Assembly: GCA_964344235.1 (NCBI GenBank)
Contig: CAYFMJ010000001.1
Coordinates: 128,001 to 192,000, forward strand
From: an uncultured Methanosarcinales archaeon
GTDB taxonomy: Archaea; Nanobdellota; Nanobdellia; Woesearchaeales; GW2011-AR9
DNA: 64,000 nucleotides
Direction: 5' to 3'
Under the pieces are notes generated by a model. That model searched no databases. It worked only from the letters and a program-made list of their open reading frames with translations, and was not told the DNA's origin. A program made the translations under genes and the position numbers. Positions 19,691 through 29,510 of the stretch are shown here, piece after piece (within the stretch, counting starts at the first letter, position 1; the number at the start of each line of letters is the position of its first letter).

Positions 19691-19717
19691 CGGCAACTGT
19701 TTCTTGTAGACGTAGAT

Positions 19718-22700
19718 ATGATGTGTAAAAAAAGGGGTTTCATATTAGTAGTTTTAGCTTTGTTTTTAGTAGTTCTTTCTAGTTTCGTTTTTGCAGAATC
19801 TTCAGGATGCTATGTTTATGCTTCGGGAAGTTCTGATTTATATTGTGTAGAGAATGTGTTAGAAAGTGCAGCAACAGCTGATTGTAATCTATTTGGGGAT
19901 TGTGATATTAATGAAGCGTTCTTGGAGAATACAGCGTGTTCTTCCGTAGCAGCGTGTGAGGTTGTAACGTGTAATGTTGATTGTCAGGATAGGACGTTAG
20001 GGAAATGCCAGGAATTGGGAGAAGAATTATACGGGGTTCCAGGAGAAGCGGTACCGTTTGAGGAGTATGATGCAATCTGTAGCCCCGGATGTTGTGTTTT
20101 AACATCTCCAGGCGGTGATCAGACGTGCCAACCGAATTTACCGTTACAATGTGATGATTTGGCAACAAAAAAGGGGTTTGATATGAGTTTCCTGCCAGGG
20201 GTTGTAGGTGCTTCCTGTATTAACAGTTGTGGAGCAGATGTGGAGAAAGGAAATTTAGTGGTTACAGTTGTTAATGATGAGGGTGATGGTGTTGTGGCGA
20301 GTGTTTCGCTGGTTGGTTTTACTGAAATTGCAGAATCAAAAGGAAACGGCGTATATGAATTTAGTGAATTAACTCCATCAACGTATGTAGTGAAAGTTTC
20401 AGCTGCAGGATTTGGTAGTGAAAGTGTCTCTGTGATTGTGGAGGGGGAGGTTACGGAAGTTAGTGTGGTGTTAAGTCCAGTTGAGGGTGTTGGTTCTATT
20501 TCTGGAGTTGTGAATGGAGAAGGAGAGCCGTTGAGTGGGGCAACGGTCTTTGTGCAGGGAGGAGGAATTGAGGAAATTGCAACGACTTTAGGAAATGGTG
20601 CGTTTAGTTTTGATAACTTGGAAGCAGGAAGTTATGTGGTGACGGCAAGTAAAGTTGGTTATAAGAGTTTGTCACAGCCAGTGTTGCTGCAGGAAGGTGC
20701 TGAGAAAGTATTAACGTTTGATTTAGAGGAAACGTCATTAGAAGGAGTTACCGTTACAGCGTTTGTAGAAGGGAATGCACAACCTGGGGTTTCAGTGTTT
20801 GTGGATGGGAAGTTTAAAGGGAAAACAAAATTTCAAACGGATGGTAGTTTATTCATTCCGTTTTTGGAAGAGGGAGAGCATACGTTCTTTGCAACATTTC
20901 AAGGAGTGTATGAATCTGGGGAAGAAGTGTTTGAAGTGGAAGGTGGAGAGGAGCAAGAATTTGAGCTATTTCTGAAGAAAACGTTTGGTGAATGTAGTTT
21001 TGGACAGCCAAATGACCATAAAAATGTTGAAGTGTTTGCGTTGGAACATGTGTTGGGGAAGGAACAAGTAGGGTTGGTGTGGGAGACACCGTGTCCAGAA
21101 GTGGTAAGTTATTTGGTTGAGAAACAGGAAGTTGGTAGTGAAGCGGTTGAACAGATGTCGTTTTCTATTGGCCAGACAGAGTATATTGATGCAGATGTGG
21201 AATGGGGAACATCATATGTGTACAGAATAAAAGCGTATTATGTTGACGGCTCTTCTCCGCGTTATTCAGAGCAGTGGAATGAACAGACCATTGTGATGGG
21301 AAGTGCGGAGTGTGAGAATGGGTTCTTTGAGACAGGTGCAGGGCATTCGTTTTGTCAAGCCGGTAGTGAGAATAAGAAGACGGTTTTTACGTGTAGTGCG
21401 GAGAATCAAGTTATTCCGCAGCAGCAATGTGCAGATGCTCCGGGAGAGTTGTTTTATTGCAGTCCAATTATAGAGTTCACAGCGGGTTGTAAGAGCGATA
21501 GTGCATGTTCCTTAGCAGGAACACCGTTTGGGTTGTTTAGCACAGAAGAAAGTTGTTATGGAGTAGAGGCGAGTGCGGCAGTTAGCGGAGGGGCAGCGAA
21601 TTATTGTTATTACGATGCAGCTGCGGTTGAGGTTAGTACTGTTGTTAACCAGTGTGTAAGTTGTGCAAATGTGGAAAGCTGTTTCGATTATCAAAGCGAA
21701 GATGCGTGTGGCGTTAACTCCTGCTTAAGTGAAGTGTGTAAGTGGGTTGAGGGAGCGTCTTCTCCAGAGTTAGTTGATTACAGTTTATTTTATTCCAGTT
21801 ATAATGAGGAATCGCTGTTTGTTGGAGAGGAAACGGGGGCGGGTTATTGTGTGCCGGAGGAGAAATATGAAGAAACAGATGCCTGTGGTTTATGTAGCGC
21901 AGGTTCAACGTTATTTGAAAATTATTACTGTACTGCTGATGTCTGTTCCAATTTAGGGGCGTGTTATTCTGAGAATAGTTTGAGTGAGTGTAATGAGTGT
22001 CAGGAAGTTCCAACAGGAAGTGTTAGTTGTGAGACCTACGTAACGGAGCAGGAATGTAACGGTGTAGGTGGCAGTAGTAAGGATGCATATGAACGAATCA
22101 CGCGATCTGCAGATAGTTGCAGTTGGGGTGCATGTGTCTGGGAAGGATTAGAGAATGGAGCAGGGCAATGTGTGAAAGATGGTGACGCTGATGGGGCAAA
22201 TGATTGTTTAACAATCCCGCAAGGGGGAAATGCGGCAGCTTGTAGAGCTGACGTAACACCACCAAGTACTTCACTGAGTGCAGCGGAAACGGCAATTGTT
22301 TCAATTGGAAAACCAGAGTTAACGTTTGTGGGAGATGACTCTTCAGAGAAGTTGTTACAGCAAAATCAATTAGGGGAGTTGTGGTATTGTGTTACGCCGC
22401 TGGGAGTGGACACCTGTACCAGTGAGCATTTTGAAGTTGTTCCGTATTCTGGTAATTTAATTACAGAAGAGTTGGTAATTGATGTTACTGATTCAGATTT
22501 CTTTGCAGATGGTGTTGCGGGTGAGACATATTTACTAAAGTTCTTTTCGAAAGATATTTACTCAAACCAGGAAGATGTACAGGAAGTGTATATTTACGCA
22601 GATTTAGTGTTACCGTCGTTTACGATTGGTGATGAAATTACAATAAATGGTGATGTGGCAGATCTAACGGTGTTCTTAGAGGATCTGAATGAACCAGTAA

Positions 22701-25700
22701 GTTGTACATTTACATTGGAGCCGATTATTGGGTTTGAAAGTGTGAAGACGGTTACAGTTCCACGAGATGCACAGGTGAAGTCAGCGACGTTTACTGGTTT
22801 ACAGGGAGTAAGTTATGACTTAAGCGTTGAATGTGAAGATGATTTTGCAAATGTTCATAGTGAAAGTAAGAAGTATGTGTTTAATTATGATCAATCCATT
22901 TCTTTAATTAATCCGCCGTTCTTAGGAGCGATTGCCCAGAATGCTGTGCAGTTTGAAGTGTCTACCGTCGTTGCGTCACAATGTGAGTTGTATGAAACCG
23001 CAACCAATACGTTGTTGGGCGTATTTGCAACGAATGAAGAAGGGAAAAGTCATTTAACAGAACCAGTTGGTGGATTATTTGAGGGAGAGTATGCAGCGGA
23101 ACATAAAGTTCGATGTGTTGAGGATTTATCGGGAAAGGAAGCGGAAGCGTATTTCCATTTCTTTGTTGATTTTACACCCCCACAAACATTGATTACCTTA
23201 CAGGAAGGAAGTCATGTTGCTTCTCCTACAGAGTATGGGTGGGAGGTGTCGTTTATTGACAGTGCTGATGTGAGCTTTGTGTGTGATGCCGGAAATGGTG
23301 GATTTGCCTGTGATGAGACGCTGTATTGTTTGGGAGAAGGATGCGAATTAGCATCTAGCCCAGGGTATGTTACCTATGAAGCGCCGTTTACTGTTACTGA
23401 GACAACGGAAATTTGTTATTACTCAACTGATATTGGCAATACACCATTTCCGTTTGTGACTTGTGGAGATATTTTAGTTGAGGGAGCTGGTGTGACGTTA
23501 GAGAAACCAACGCCATACATGTTTGTTGGAGAAGTATGGGGTGTGAGTAATGAACCGGTGTTTGAGTGGCAATTCTTTACCAAAGTGCCAACACAGGAAT
23601 GTGCGTTTGACTTTACTGAGAATATTGATGTTGAAACGATTGAACCGTTTAAGAAATTGCAAAATGTTGGGGGGAAATATCTGTTTGAAGGATTCCCTGG
23701 CGAGGTGATTAGTGCGTATGGAAGTGCTGGTGGCGTGAAGACGTTATATGTGCAGTGTGCGAATGCGTTTGAATTAGTAGGAAGTCCACAGAAGATGCAT
23801 TTGGAATATGATCCTACAGCGCCTTCGATTTTGAGTGTGGGGGCGGAGCCAAATCCTGTGCTTGAGGGAATTACAGTATTGTTAAGTGTGGAAACGGATG
23901 ATAAGTCAGTGTGTAAGTACAGCGACGTTTCTAACGGTGGTGGTAGCAAGGAATATCAAACCATGGAATTTTCATTTCCGGGAGAGGAAGAAGGAGTGAT
24001 GTATATTGGTCATGAAGATATTTTCTGGTTAAGTGTAACCCAGCCACAGCAGGAATTTACGATTGCAGTGCAATGTATGAACGGGGCGGGAGATTTATCA
24101 GAGGTTGAGGAGATAGGGTTCTTTGTGGATTATACTGCTTTGGGAAGTATCTTGTCGTTGTTACCTGATGGATATACAGCTGCGACGAATGTTACGCTGC
24201 AAGCAGAGACGAGTAAAACAGGTTGGTGTGAATATAAAGTTGATGAAGAGTATATTGTGTTTGCTGAAACAACTGGAAAGACACACTCTCAACCAATTGG
24301 CGCTGCTGATGAAGGGGAGTATATTTTCCCGGTACAATGTACAATGGGTGACCATACAGTGCCTGGCGTGATTGATTTTGTGGTTGATAGAACCGCTCCA
24401 GTGATCTCGGAAGTGGAGGATTATACATATAGTTGTGGTGCTGATGAGTTAAGTGTGATGGTGTATTCCGATGAAGAAAATATTAGTCAGTACTTCTATG
24501 ATGTGTTTGAGAAAGGAAGCAAGTTTGTAGGAACAAATGGCTCTTCCGTGGCAAGTGGTTCGTTGTTAAGTGATACAGTAAGTGGAGAGCTACCATTAAA
24601 GATTCCAACTGATGATTTAGAAGAGAATAAAAGTTATTTTGTGAAAGTGGGTGCGATTGACGCGGCGGGGAACTTAGGTAAAGTAGTGCAGAGTGATGGG
24701 GTTACTATAACGGATGCAGATCATGCTGGTTGTGAGGAAGATGGTGGTTTAGGGGTTACGTTTGAAAGTTTAACGAATGCATCGTGTACATCGCAGAGTA
24801 TCGCATTAAAATGTAGTGATAGTGCCGGATGTGGTGTGATTGAGTATGGCACGAGTGGAGACTCGGCTTCTTGTGTTGCTGAGAAAGCATATACTGGGCA
24901 GAATATTCAATTTGAAGAGGCAGGCTGGTTATGTTATTATGTAGAAAGTTACTCTGGAGAGAATGCTAGTGGTAGTACGTTAGTACAGTTTGACGATGAG
25001 GATGGTGACGGGATCCACGATAGTTGTGACTTGTGTGAAAACACAGATTCGGGAAAAGTTGTTGGGAGTAATGGTTGTGCTGATGGGCAACTTCCTCCAG
25101 ATAAGCAGAAAGAGGACAAAGATAAAGATGGTTTACCTGATGCATGGGAGAAATTATATGATGCAAATGGTTGTGAGTTGTCTCTATTGAGTGCAGATTC
25201 TGACGATGATGGTATTTCGGATGCAGATGAAGATTATGATCAAGACGGTTACAGTAATTTCCAGGAATATCAAGTTGGTTCCGATCCATGTAATGATGAT
25301 TCGTATGATTTAAGTGACTCTCAATTCCCGAGCGGCGATAGTGGCACGGGGGGAGTTGGTAAGAGTGGTGGTGCTGACGTCGTAGCGTGGGTGTTCTTGA
25401 TTGTTGGATTATTGTTAGTGCTAGGTGGTGTTGGCTACTTAGTATATTACTACAAGTACGCTCCTTCAAGGGGAAAAAGAGGTGTACCTGTGAGGCCGAG
25501 AGTAGGTGTTGCACGTCCTGTTGTAATGCAGAAGAAAAAGAGTGTCTTTGACACATTGTTTTCTGGGTTGCAGCGGAAGAAACGTGATGTGACAAAAGAT
25601 CGGTCTCGCAGGTCTGTTTTCTCCGAGTTCAGTTCGGATTCAGCGAGGATTCCACATGTTGATGCGGCATTACGGGGAGAAAGGAGTCATGAGCGATTAC

Positions 25701-25903
25701 ATAGTTTAGCGAAGAAGTATGTTAAGCATAAAGAAGATATTAAACCAGGATTACGAGCGGGTGAGAAGAGTGTGTTTGCGCGGTTAGATAGTATTGCGAA
25801 GCAATCGTCGCCGAAGGATGTGAAGAAGGTTGTAAGTAAAAAGGAAGCGAACGATATTTTTAGCAAGCTAGAAAAGATAAGTAGGAAGAGGAAGAAGAAA
25901 TGA
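19718..25903 (+). CDS. Giant modular cell-surface protein (2061 aa): Cys-rich, carboxypeptidase-regulatory/PEGA-like, FN3-like and Ig-like modules, TSP3-like Ca-binding repeats, TM anchor, basic tail
   Basis: Signal peptide ending VFA|ES; GEPLSGATV...GAFSFDNLEAGSYVVTASKVGY; Y.YRIKAYY; DEDGDGIHDSCDLC, DKDKDGLPDAWE, DYDQDGYSNFQEY; TM AWVFLIVGLLLVLGGVGYLVYYY. Confidence 0.85.
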   Translation: MMCKKRGFILVVLALFLVVLSSFVFAESSGCYVYASGSSDLYCVENVLESAATADCNLFGDCDINEAFLENTACSSVAACEVVTCNVDCQDRTLGKCQELGEELYGVPGEAVPFEEYDAICSPGCCVLTSPGGDQTCQPNLPLQCDDLATKKGFDMSFLPGVVGASCINSCGADVEKGNLVVTVVNDEGDGVVASVSLVGFTEIAESKGNGVYEFSELTPSTYVVKVSAAGFGSESVSVIVEGEVTEVSVVLSPVEGVGSISGVVNGEGEPLSGATVFVQGGGIEEIATTLGNGAFSFDNLEAGSYVVTASKVGYKSLSQPVLLQEGAEKVLTFDLEETSLEGVTVTAFVEGNAQPGVSVFVDGKFKGKTKFQTDGSLFIPFLEEGEHTFFATFQGVYESGEEVFEVEGGEEQEFELFLKKTFGECSFGQPNDHKNVEVFALEHVLGKEQVGLVWETPCPEVVSYLVEKQEVGSEAVEQMSFSIGQTEYIDADVEWGTSYVYRIKAYYVDGSSPRYSEQWNEQTIVMGSAECENGFFETGAGHSFCQAGSENKKTVFTCSAENQVIPQQQCADAPGELFYCSPIIEFTAGCKSDSACSLAGTPFGLFSTEESCYGVEASAAVSGGAANYCYYDAAAVEVSTVVNQCVSCANVESCFDYQSEDACGVNSCLSEVCKWVEGASSPELVDYSLFYSSYNEESLFVGEETGAGYCVPEEKYEETDACGLCSAGSTLFENYYCTADVCSNLGACYSENSLSECNECQEVPTGSVSCETYVTEQECNGVGGSSKDAYERITRSADSCSWGACVWEGLENGAGQCVKDGDADGANDCLTIPQGGNAAACRADVTPPSTSLSAAETAIVSIGKPELTFVGDDSSEKLLQQNQLGELWYCVTPLGVDTCTSEHFEVVPYSGNLITEELVIDVTDSDFFADGVAGETYLLKFFSKDIYSNQEDVQEVYIYADLVLPSFTIGDEITINGDVADLTVFLEDLNEPVSCTFTLEPIIGFESVKTVTVPRDAQVKSATFTGLQGVSYDLSVECEDDFANVHSESKKYVFNYDQSISLINPPFLGAIAQNAVQFEVSTVVASQCELYETATNTLLGVFATNEEGKSHLTEPVGGLFEGEYAAEHKVRCVEDLSGKEAEAYFHFFVDFTPPQTLITLQEGSHVASPTEYGWEVSFIDSADVSFVCDAGNGGFACDETLYCLGEGCELASSPGYVTYEAPFTVTETTEICYYSTDIGNTPFPFVTCGDILVEGAGVTLEKPTPYMFVGEVWGVSNEPVFEWQFFTKVPTQECAFDFTENIDVETIEPFKKLQNVGGKYLFEGFPGEVISAYGSAGGVKTLYVQCANAFELVGSPQKMHLEYDPTAPSILSVGAEPNPVLEGITVLLSVETDDKSVCKYSDVSNGGGSKEYQTMEFSFPGEEEGVMYIGHEDIFWLSVTQPQQEFTIAVQCMNGAGDLSEVEEIGFFVDYTALGSILSLLPDGYTAATNVTLQAETSKTGWCEYKVDEEYIVFAETTGKTHSQPIGAADEGEYIFPVQCTMGDHTVPGVIDFVVDRTAPVISEVEDYTYSCGADELSVMVYSDEENISQYFYDVFEKGSKFVGTNGSSVASGSLLSDTVSGELPLKIPTDDLEENKSYFVKVGAIDAAGNLGKVVQSDGVTITDADHAGCEEDGGLGVTFESLTNASCTSQSIALKCSDSAGCGVIEYGTSGDSASCVAEKAYTGQNIQFEEAGWLCYYVESYSGENASGSTLVQFDDEDGDGIHDSCDLCENTDSGKVVGSNGCADGQLPPDKQKEDKDKDGLPDAWEKLYDANGCELSLLSADSDDDGISDADEDYDQDGYSNFQEYQVGSDPCNDDSYDLSDSQFPSGDSGTGGVGKSGGADVVAWVFLIVGLLLVLGGVGYLVYYYKYAPSRGKRGVPVRPRVGVARPVVMQKKKSVFDTLFSGLQRKKRDVTKDRSRRSVFSEFSSDSARIPHVDAALRGERSHERLHSLAKKYVKHKEDIKPGLRAGEKSVFARLDSIAKQSSPKDVKKVVSKKEANDIFSKLEKISRKRKKK

Positions 25904-26409
25904 ACACCCGAGGAATGGCGATCGGCCAGGTGTTTATTTTTATCGTTGCTGCAATTACGTTTGCACTGATTATGATTTTTGGTGGAAAAGCAATTGTTGA
26001 TTTTATCGGTCAGGGGGAACAGGTAGAGTTTGTACAATTTAAGACAGATGTAGAAACCTCGGTGCAACAAATTTATACTGAGTTTGGCGCGATTCGAGAG
26101 AAAGAGTTTAGTTTGCCGCCTTCGTATGAGCAAGTGTGTTTTGTTGATTTAGATTATGAAAATGAAGAGAGTGTTGTGTTGTTACGTGGGAAAGATCCGG
26201 TAGCGGCGGATGCATGGCAAACGGCAATGGAAGAGGGGGGGTATGGCGGTTTTGATGTGAATGTGTTTTTAACGCCGACAGCTCCCAATCCAATAAAAGT
26301 TCATCCGATCAAGATGGATAATGGTTTTTTATGTGTTGATGTCGTGCAGGGGGAATTTACAATTCTGCTTGAAGGAAAAGGAGACCATACGTTTCTGTAT
26401 ACAAAATGA
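25900..26409 (+). CDS. Pilin-like class III signal-peptide protein
   Basis: MNTRG|MAIGQVFIFIVAAITFALIMIFG; ATGA overlap with upstream gene. Confidence 0.75.
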   Translation: MNTRGMAIGQVFIFIVAAITFALIMIFGGKAIVDFIGQGEQVEFVQFKTDVETSVQQIYTEFGAIREKEFSLPPSYEQVCFVDLDYENEESVVLLRGKDPVAADAWQTAMEEGGYGGFDVNVFLTPTAPNPIKVHPIKMDNGFLCVDVVQGEFTILLEGKGDHTFLYTK

Positions 26410-27479
26410 ATAGGAATGGGCAAGTAGCGATTACATTTAATTGGGTGTATGTGTTGATAGCGGGAGCGGTCATTCTGATGTTTTTTGTTGGGATTGTGGT
26501 GAAGCAGAAAGCTGTTTCAGAGGAGAGGTTGAATACGGAAGTGTTGCAAGTGTTGGATTCAATTTTTACTGCAGCAAGTGTGTCTGATAAAACGCGGAAT
26601 TTTGTGAAAATTGGTGGTCTGGGGAAAGAAGAGGTGTTTTTTCGCTGTAGCGATGGAGTGACAGAGTTTGGTGTTACGGGGAAGAGTTTTACGAAGGAGA
26701 ATGCGATAGATCCGATTTTTGCACCTAGCTCGGTTAAGGCACCGCGGTTAATTTTGTGGAGTTTACCATATAATATGCCATTTAAAGTGGTTGATTTTTT
26801 GTTGGTAACGTCTTCGAATACAAAGTACGTCGTGTATGGAAAAGGGCCGTTTGTGTCAGAGTTTATTACGGCCACTGATGATAATGATGAGTTGTTGCAG
26901 ATTGATGCCAGCGTTGTTGATGGAATAGATAGTGTGGATCCAGGAAAAGCGTTTGCAGTTCGGATAGTTGATACGGATGGTGTTGGTTTGAAAGAGATGC
27001 CTTTGGAGTTAGCGGATTTTGACGATAGTAAAGTGACGGGTGTTTCTTTTGTTTCCGGTGGAGTACAGTATTACAAGAAGCAAGGGAGTGGCTGGGTGAA
27101 GAAGGGAAAAGTGTTGCCGATCGTTGCGATGGATGAAGAGAGGCAGGCAGCGAAGTATGCAGCTATTTTTGCAGCAGGACCAGAGGAGTATTGGTGTGGT
27201 ATGCAGAAGGCGTTTGAACGATTAGAATTATTGGATGAAGTGTATACAGGAAAAGTTGGGGAGATGGTTTTAGCTGAAGAGAGTGGTGTGTGTGCGACGT
27301 TATTAGCGCCAGGCGATAGTATTGGAGAAGCGATGGAGAGTCATAGTATTGGCGTGAAGCAATGTTTAGCGTCGCTTGACGTGCAACCGGAAGTGTGCAG
27401 TGATTTGATGGCACATGCTTCTGCTGTTTCCTTTGCCAATGAAGAGTTATCGGTAAATAGTTGTATTACGTTATATTAA
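26406..27479 (+). CDS. Pilin-like class III signal-peptide protein (357 aa)
   Basis: MNRNG|QVAITFNWVYVLIAGAVILMFFV; C-terminal Cys cluster. Confidence 0.75.
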   Translation: MNRNGQVAITFNWVYVLIAGAVILMFFVGIVVKQKAVSEERLNTEVLQVLDSIFTAASVSDKTRNFVKIGGLGKEEVFFRCSDGVTEFGVTGKSFTKENAIDPIFAPSSVKAPRLILWSLPYNMPFKVVDFLLVTSSNTKYVVYGKGPFVSEFITATDDNDELLQIDASVVDGIDSVDPGKAFAVRIVDTDGVGLKEMPLELADFDDSKVTGVSFVSGGVQYYKKQGSGWVKKGKVLPIVAMDEERQAAKYAAIFAAGPEEYWCGMQKAFERLELLDEVYTGKVGEMVLAEESGVCATLLAPGDSIGEAMESHSIGVKQCLASLDVQPEVCSDLMAHASAVSFANEELSVNSCITLY

Positions 27480-27480
27480 G

Positions 27481-27978
27481 ATGAAAAAAGGCCAAGTTCA
27501 TATGTCGGAGACGATTGCAGTACTGTTTATTTTCTTTGTTCTAGTGCTGTTTGGGTTGGTGTTTTATTTTAAGTATACAAGCATCGCAGTACAAGAGCAG
27601 GAAGAAGAGTTGTTTGCAAAAAGAGCGATTGATGTTACGACTAAGACCATCTTTTTACCTGAGTTATTGTGTACGAAAGGAGTGTATGAATCAGAAGATT
27701 TCTGTATCGATATGATGAAGTTACGTTCGGCAGATGAGGTGTTTGAACAGCATATGGCTGATTATTATTTTGAAATGTTTGGCTATGCGAACATTACTGT
27801 TGCAGAACTGTATCCGGCAGTTGGGGAGACGGATTGGGTGTTATATGAACGGATGAAGCCGAATTTTACACGTAGAGATAGAACGTTCTTTGTCGTTGCG
27901 TTAAAAGATCAGACAGAAGGTGTAGGAATAAACCCGTCATATGGGTTTGGCTATGTGACTGTTGAGGTGTTTTCATGA
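27481..27978 (+). CDS. Pilin-like class III signal-peptide protein
   Basis: MKKG|QVHMSETIAVLFIFFVLVLFGLVF. Confidence 0.78.
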   Translation: MKKGQVHMSETIAVLFIFFVLVLFGLVFYFKYTSIAVQEQEEELFAKRAIDVTTKTIFLPELLCTKGVYESEDFCIDMMKLRSADEVFEQHMADYYFEMFGYANITVAELYPAVGETDWVLYERMKPNFTRRDRTFFVVALKDQTEGVGINPSYGFGYVTVEVFS

Positions 27979-28466
27979 AGAAAGGTCAGATGGAGATGAT
28001 TGGACTTGTTATTATTGTGATACTTATTACATTAGGTATGTTATTTATGGCGTTATTTGCGTTGAATGATGATCCAGAGAAGAAAGTGTTTACCAGAAAG
28101 GAATTAGCGTCAAGCACGATGGCTGCCCTTATGAAGACGACGGCTTTTTGTAACGGTGGGTTACCGGAATTTGAGAAGGATTTGTTAGAGGATTGTGCCG
28201 GAACGAATACAGTGTATACGTGTGAGGGAATGGATAGTTGTGATTTTTTAGATATGAAGATTTCTGAATTGTTGGATGAAACGGTGGGGGCATGGGGGAA
28301 GACGTATGAATTTGAATCGGTGTCGGTTTCTAATGGTGAAGCGTTATTGCATATTTGGGATGAAGAAAGAGGGGATTGTCAGCGGCAGGAGAGGGATACG
28401 TCCGGGGAGTTTTATTTGCCTGCGAAGAGTGGTTTGGTGAGAAGTGTGTTGTATATTTGTGAATAA
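27975..28466 (+). CDS. Pilin-like class III signal-peptide protein
   Basis: MKKG|QMEMIGLVIIVILITLGMLF; several Cys. Confidence 0.78.
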   Translation: MKKGQMEMIGLVIIVILITLGMLFMALFALNDDPEKKVFTRKELASSTMAALMKTTAFCNGGLPEFEKDLLEDCAGTNTVYTCEGMDSCDFLDMKISELLDETVGAWGKTYEFESVSVSNGEALLHIWDEERGDCQRQERDTSGEFYLPAKSGLVRSVLYICE

Positions 28467-28470
28467 ATGT

Positions 28471-28617
28471 AATATGTCAGCTTGCACGACACTATTACGG
28501 CAACTTCCTGAATCTTTTTTCTTCTACATCACCGTCTATCAGAAATTTTCAATTTCTGGGACATTCCAAAAATCTTTGATTTTTGTTATGTGCCTCCTTT
28601 AGTAAAGCAGACATATT
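28471..28617 (-). repeat. Structured intergenic element, copy 2 (91-bp core plus 54-bp double-hairpin insertion)
   Basis: Ends GTAATATGTC / GACATATTAC; core aligns to 15874-15964; insert 28536-28589 holds the stems CAGAAATT/AATTTCTG and CAAAAATC/GATTTTTG. Confidence 0.85.
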
Positions 28618-28684
28618 ACTTCTGAGCGGAGGAAAGGTTTATATATGGTTTTTCTCTTCTGTAAGTATCATATAAGAGGTGACG

Positions 28685-29038
28685 ATGATGGTTTTCAATA
28701 AAAAAGGGCAGGGCTTATCCTTAAATGTAATTATTGTTGCTGCGTTAGCATTAATTGTTCTTGTTGTGTTAGTTGCAGTGTTTGCTGGAGAGGTAGGAGA
28801 TAAGACTGATAAGATCAATAAAGCGAGTCAAGCGGAATTGGTTAAGTTACAAATAACATACGGGCAGTGTCAACCAGCGACTTCTGATCAAAATACGTTC
28901 TTAGAAGCATACAGTGTTGCTGAATCTGATGGAGATAAGGATGTTGCAGTTGCAGATTTTGAAAAGAAAATTAGCGATTGTAAAGCATTAAGCGATGACA
29001 AAGCGACATGTGATACTGCTGGGTGTAAGTGGAAGTAA
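28685..29038 (+). CDS. Pilin (candidate major pilin)
   Basis: MMVFNKKG|QGLSLNVIIVAALALIVLVVLVAVF; own TATA (TTTATATA about 28638) and GAGGTGA SD; four Cys. Confidence 0.8.
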   Translation: MMVFNKKGQGLSLNVIIVAALALIVLVVLVAVFAGEVGDKTDKINKASQAELVKLQITYGQCQPATSDQNTFLEAYSVAESDGDKDVAVADFEKKISDCKALSDDKATCDTAGCKWK

Positions 29039-29040
29039 GA

Positions 29041-29385
29041 ATGAAGCAAGGTAGTGCAAACATGTGGTGGATTATCATTGGAGCTGTGGTAGCTCTGGTG
29101 GTAATGGTCGTGTTAATGGTGATTTTTACTGGGAAGAGCAATACGTTAGAAATTGGGCTGCTTGATTGTGCTTCGAAAGGCGGCACATGTAAAGAAGCTG
29201 CAGCCTGCACAGCAAGTGGCGGTTCAGTGTCTAGCGCATTTACTTGCTCTGATGAGGCAGAATCATGTTGTTTTGAGGGTAAGAAACTGAAGAGTAGAGG
29301 CGAAGAATGTACTAAGAATAGCGACTGTTTAAGTAATAATTGTAAGATTCTTGGTTCAGGCCAACCGGGAACATGTGAGGGGTGA
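29041..29385 (+). CDS. Pilin-like protein with small Cys-rich (disulfide) head
   Basis: MKQG|SANMWWIIIGAVVALVVMVVL; about 10 Cys in the C-terminal 75 aa (C...GG.C...C, CC, C.KNSDC.SNNC). Confidence 0.78.
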   Translation: MKQGSANMWWIIIGAVVALVVMVVLMVIFTGKSNTLEIGLLDCASKGGTCKEAAACTASGGSVSSAFTCSDEAESCCFEGKKLKSRGEECTKNSDCLSNNCKILGSGQPGTCEG

Positions 29386-29390
29386 TTGGA

Positions 29391-29510
29391 ATGATGTTCC
29401 TTTCACGTTCTGGGAGAACTCAGATTGAAACTATTGTGTTGTTAATTATTGCAGTGATACTTGGTGCTGCATTCATTTTTGCGGTTGTAAAGATGGGGTT
29501 GTTTCAATGA
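29391..29510 (+). CDS. Micro-ORF (39 aa), pilin-like single TM peptide
   Basis: Not in ORF track. MMFLSRSGRT|QIETIVLLIIAVILGAAFIFAVVKMGLFQ; preceded by GAGGGGTGA; overlaps the next start (ATGA). Confidence 0.6.
   Translation: MMFLSRSGRTQIETIVLLIIAVILGAAFIFAVVKMGLFQ

Noticed and set aside
15874-28617. Interpreting the 91-bp elements as integron attC sites or as terminators
   Set aside because: No RYYYAAC/GTTRRRY core boxes at the ends and no integrase. The stems are worse on the transcribed strand and have no U-tract.
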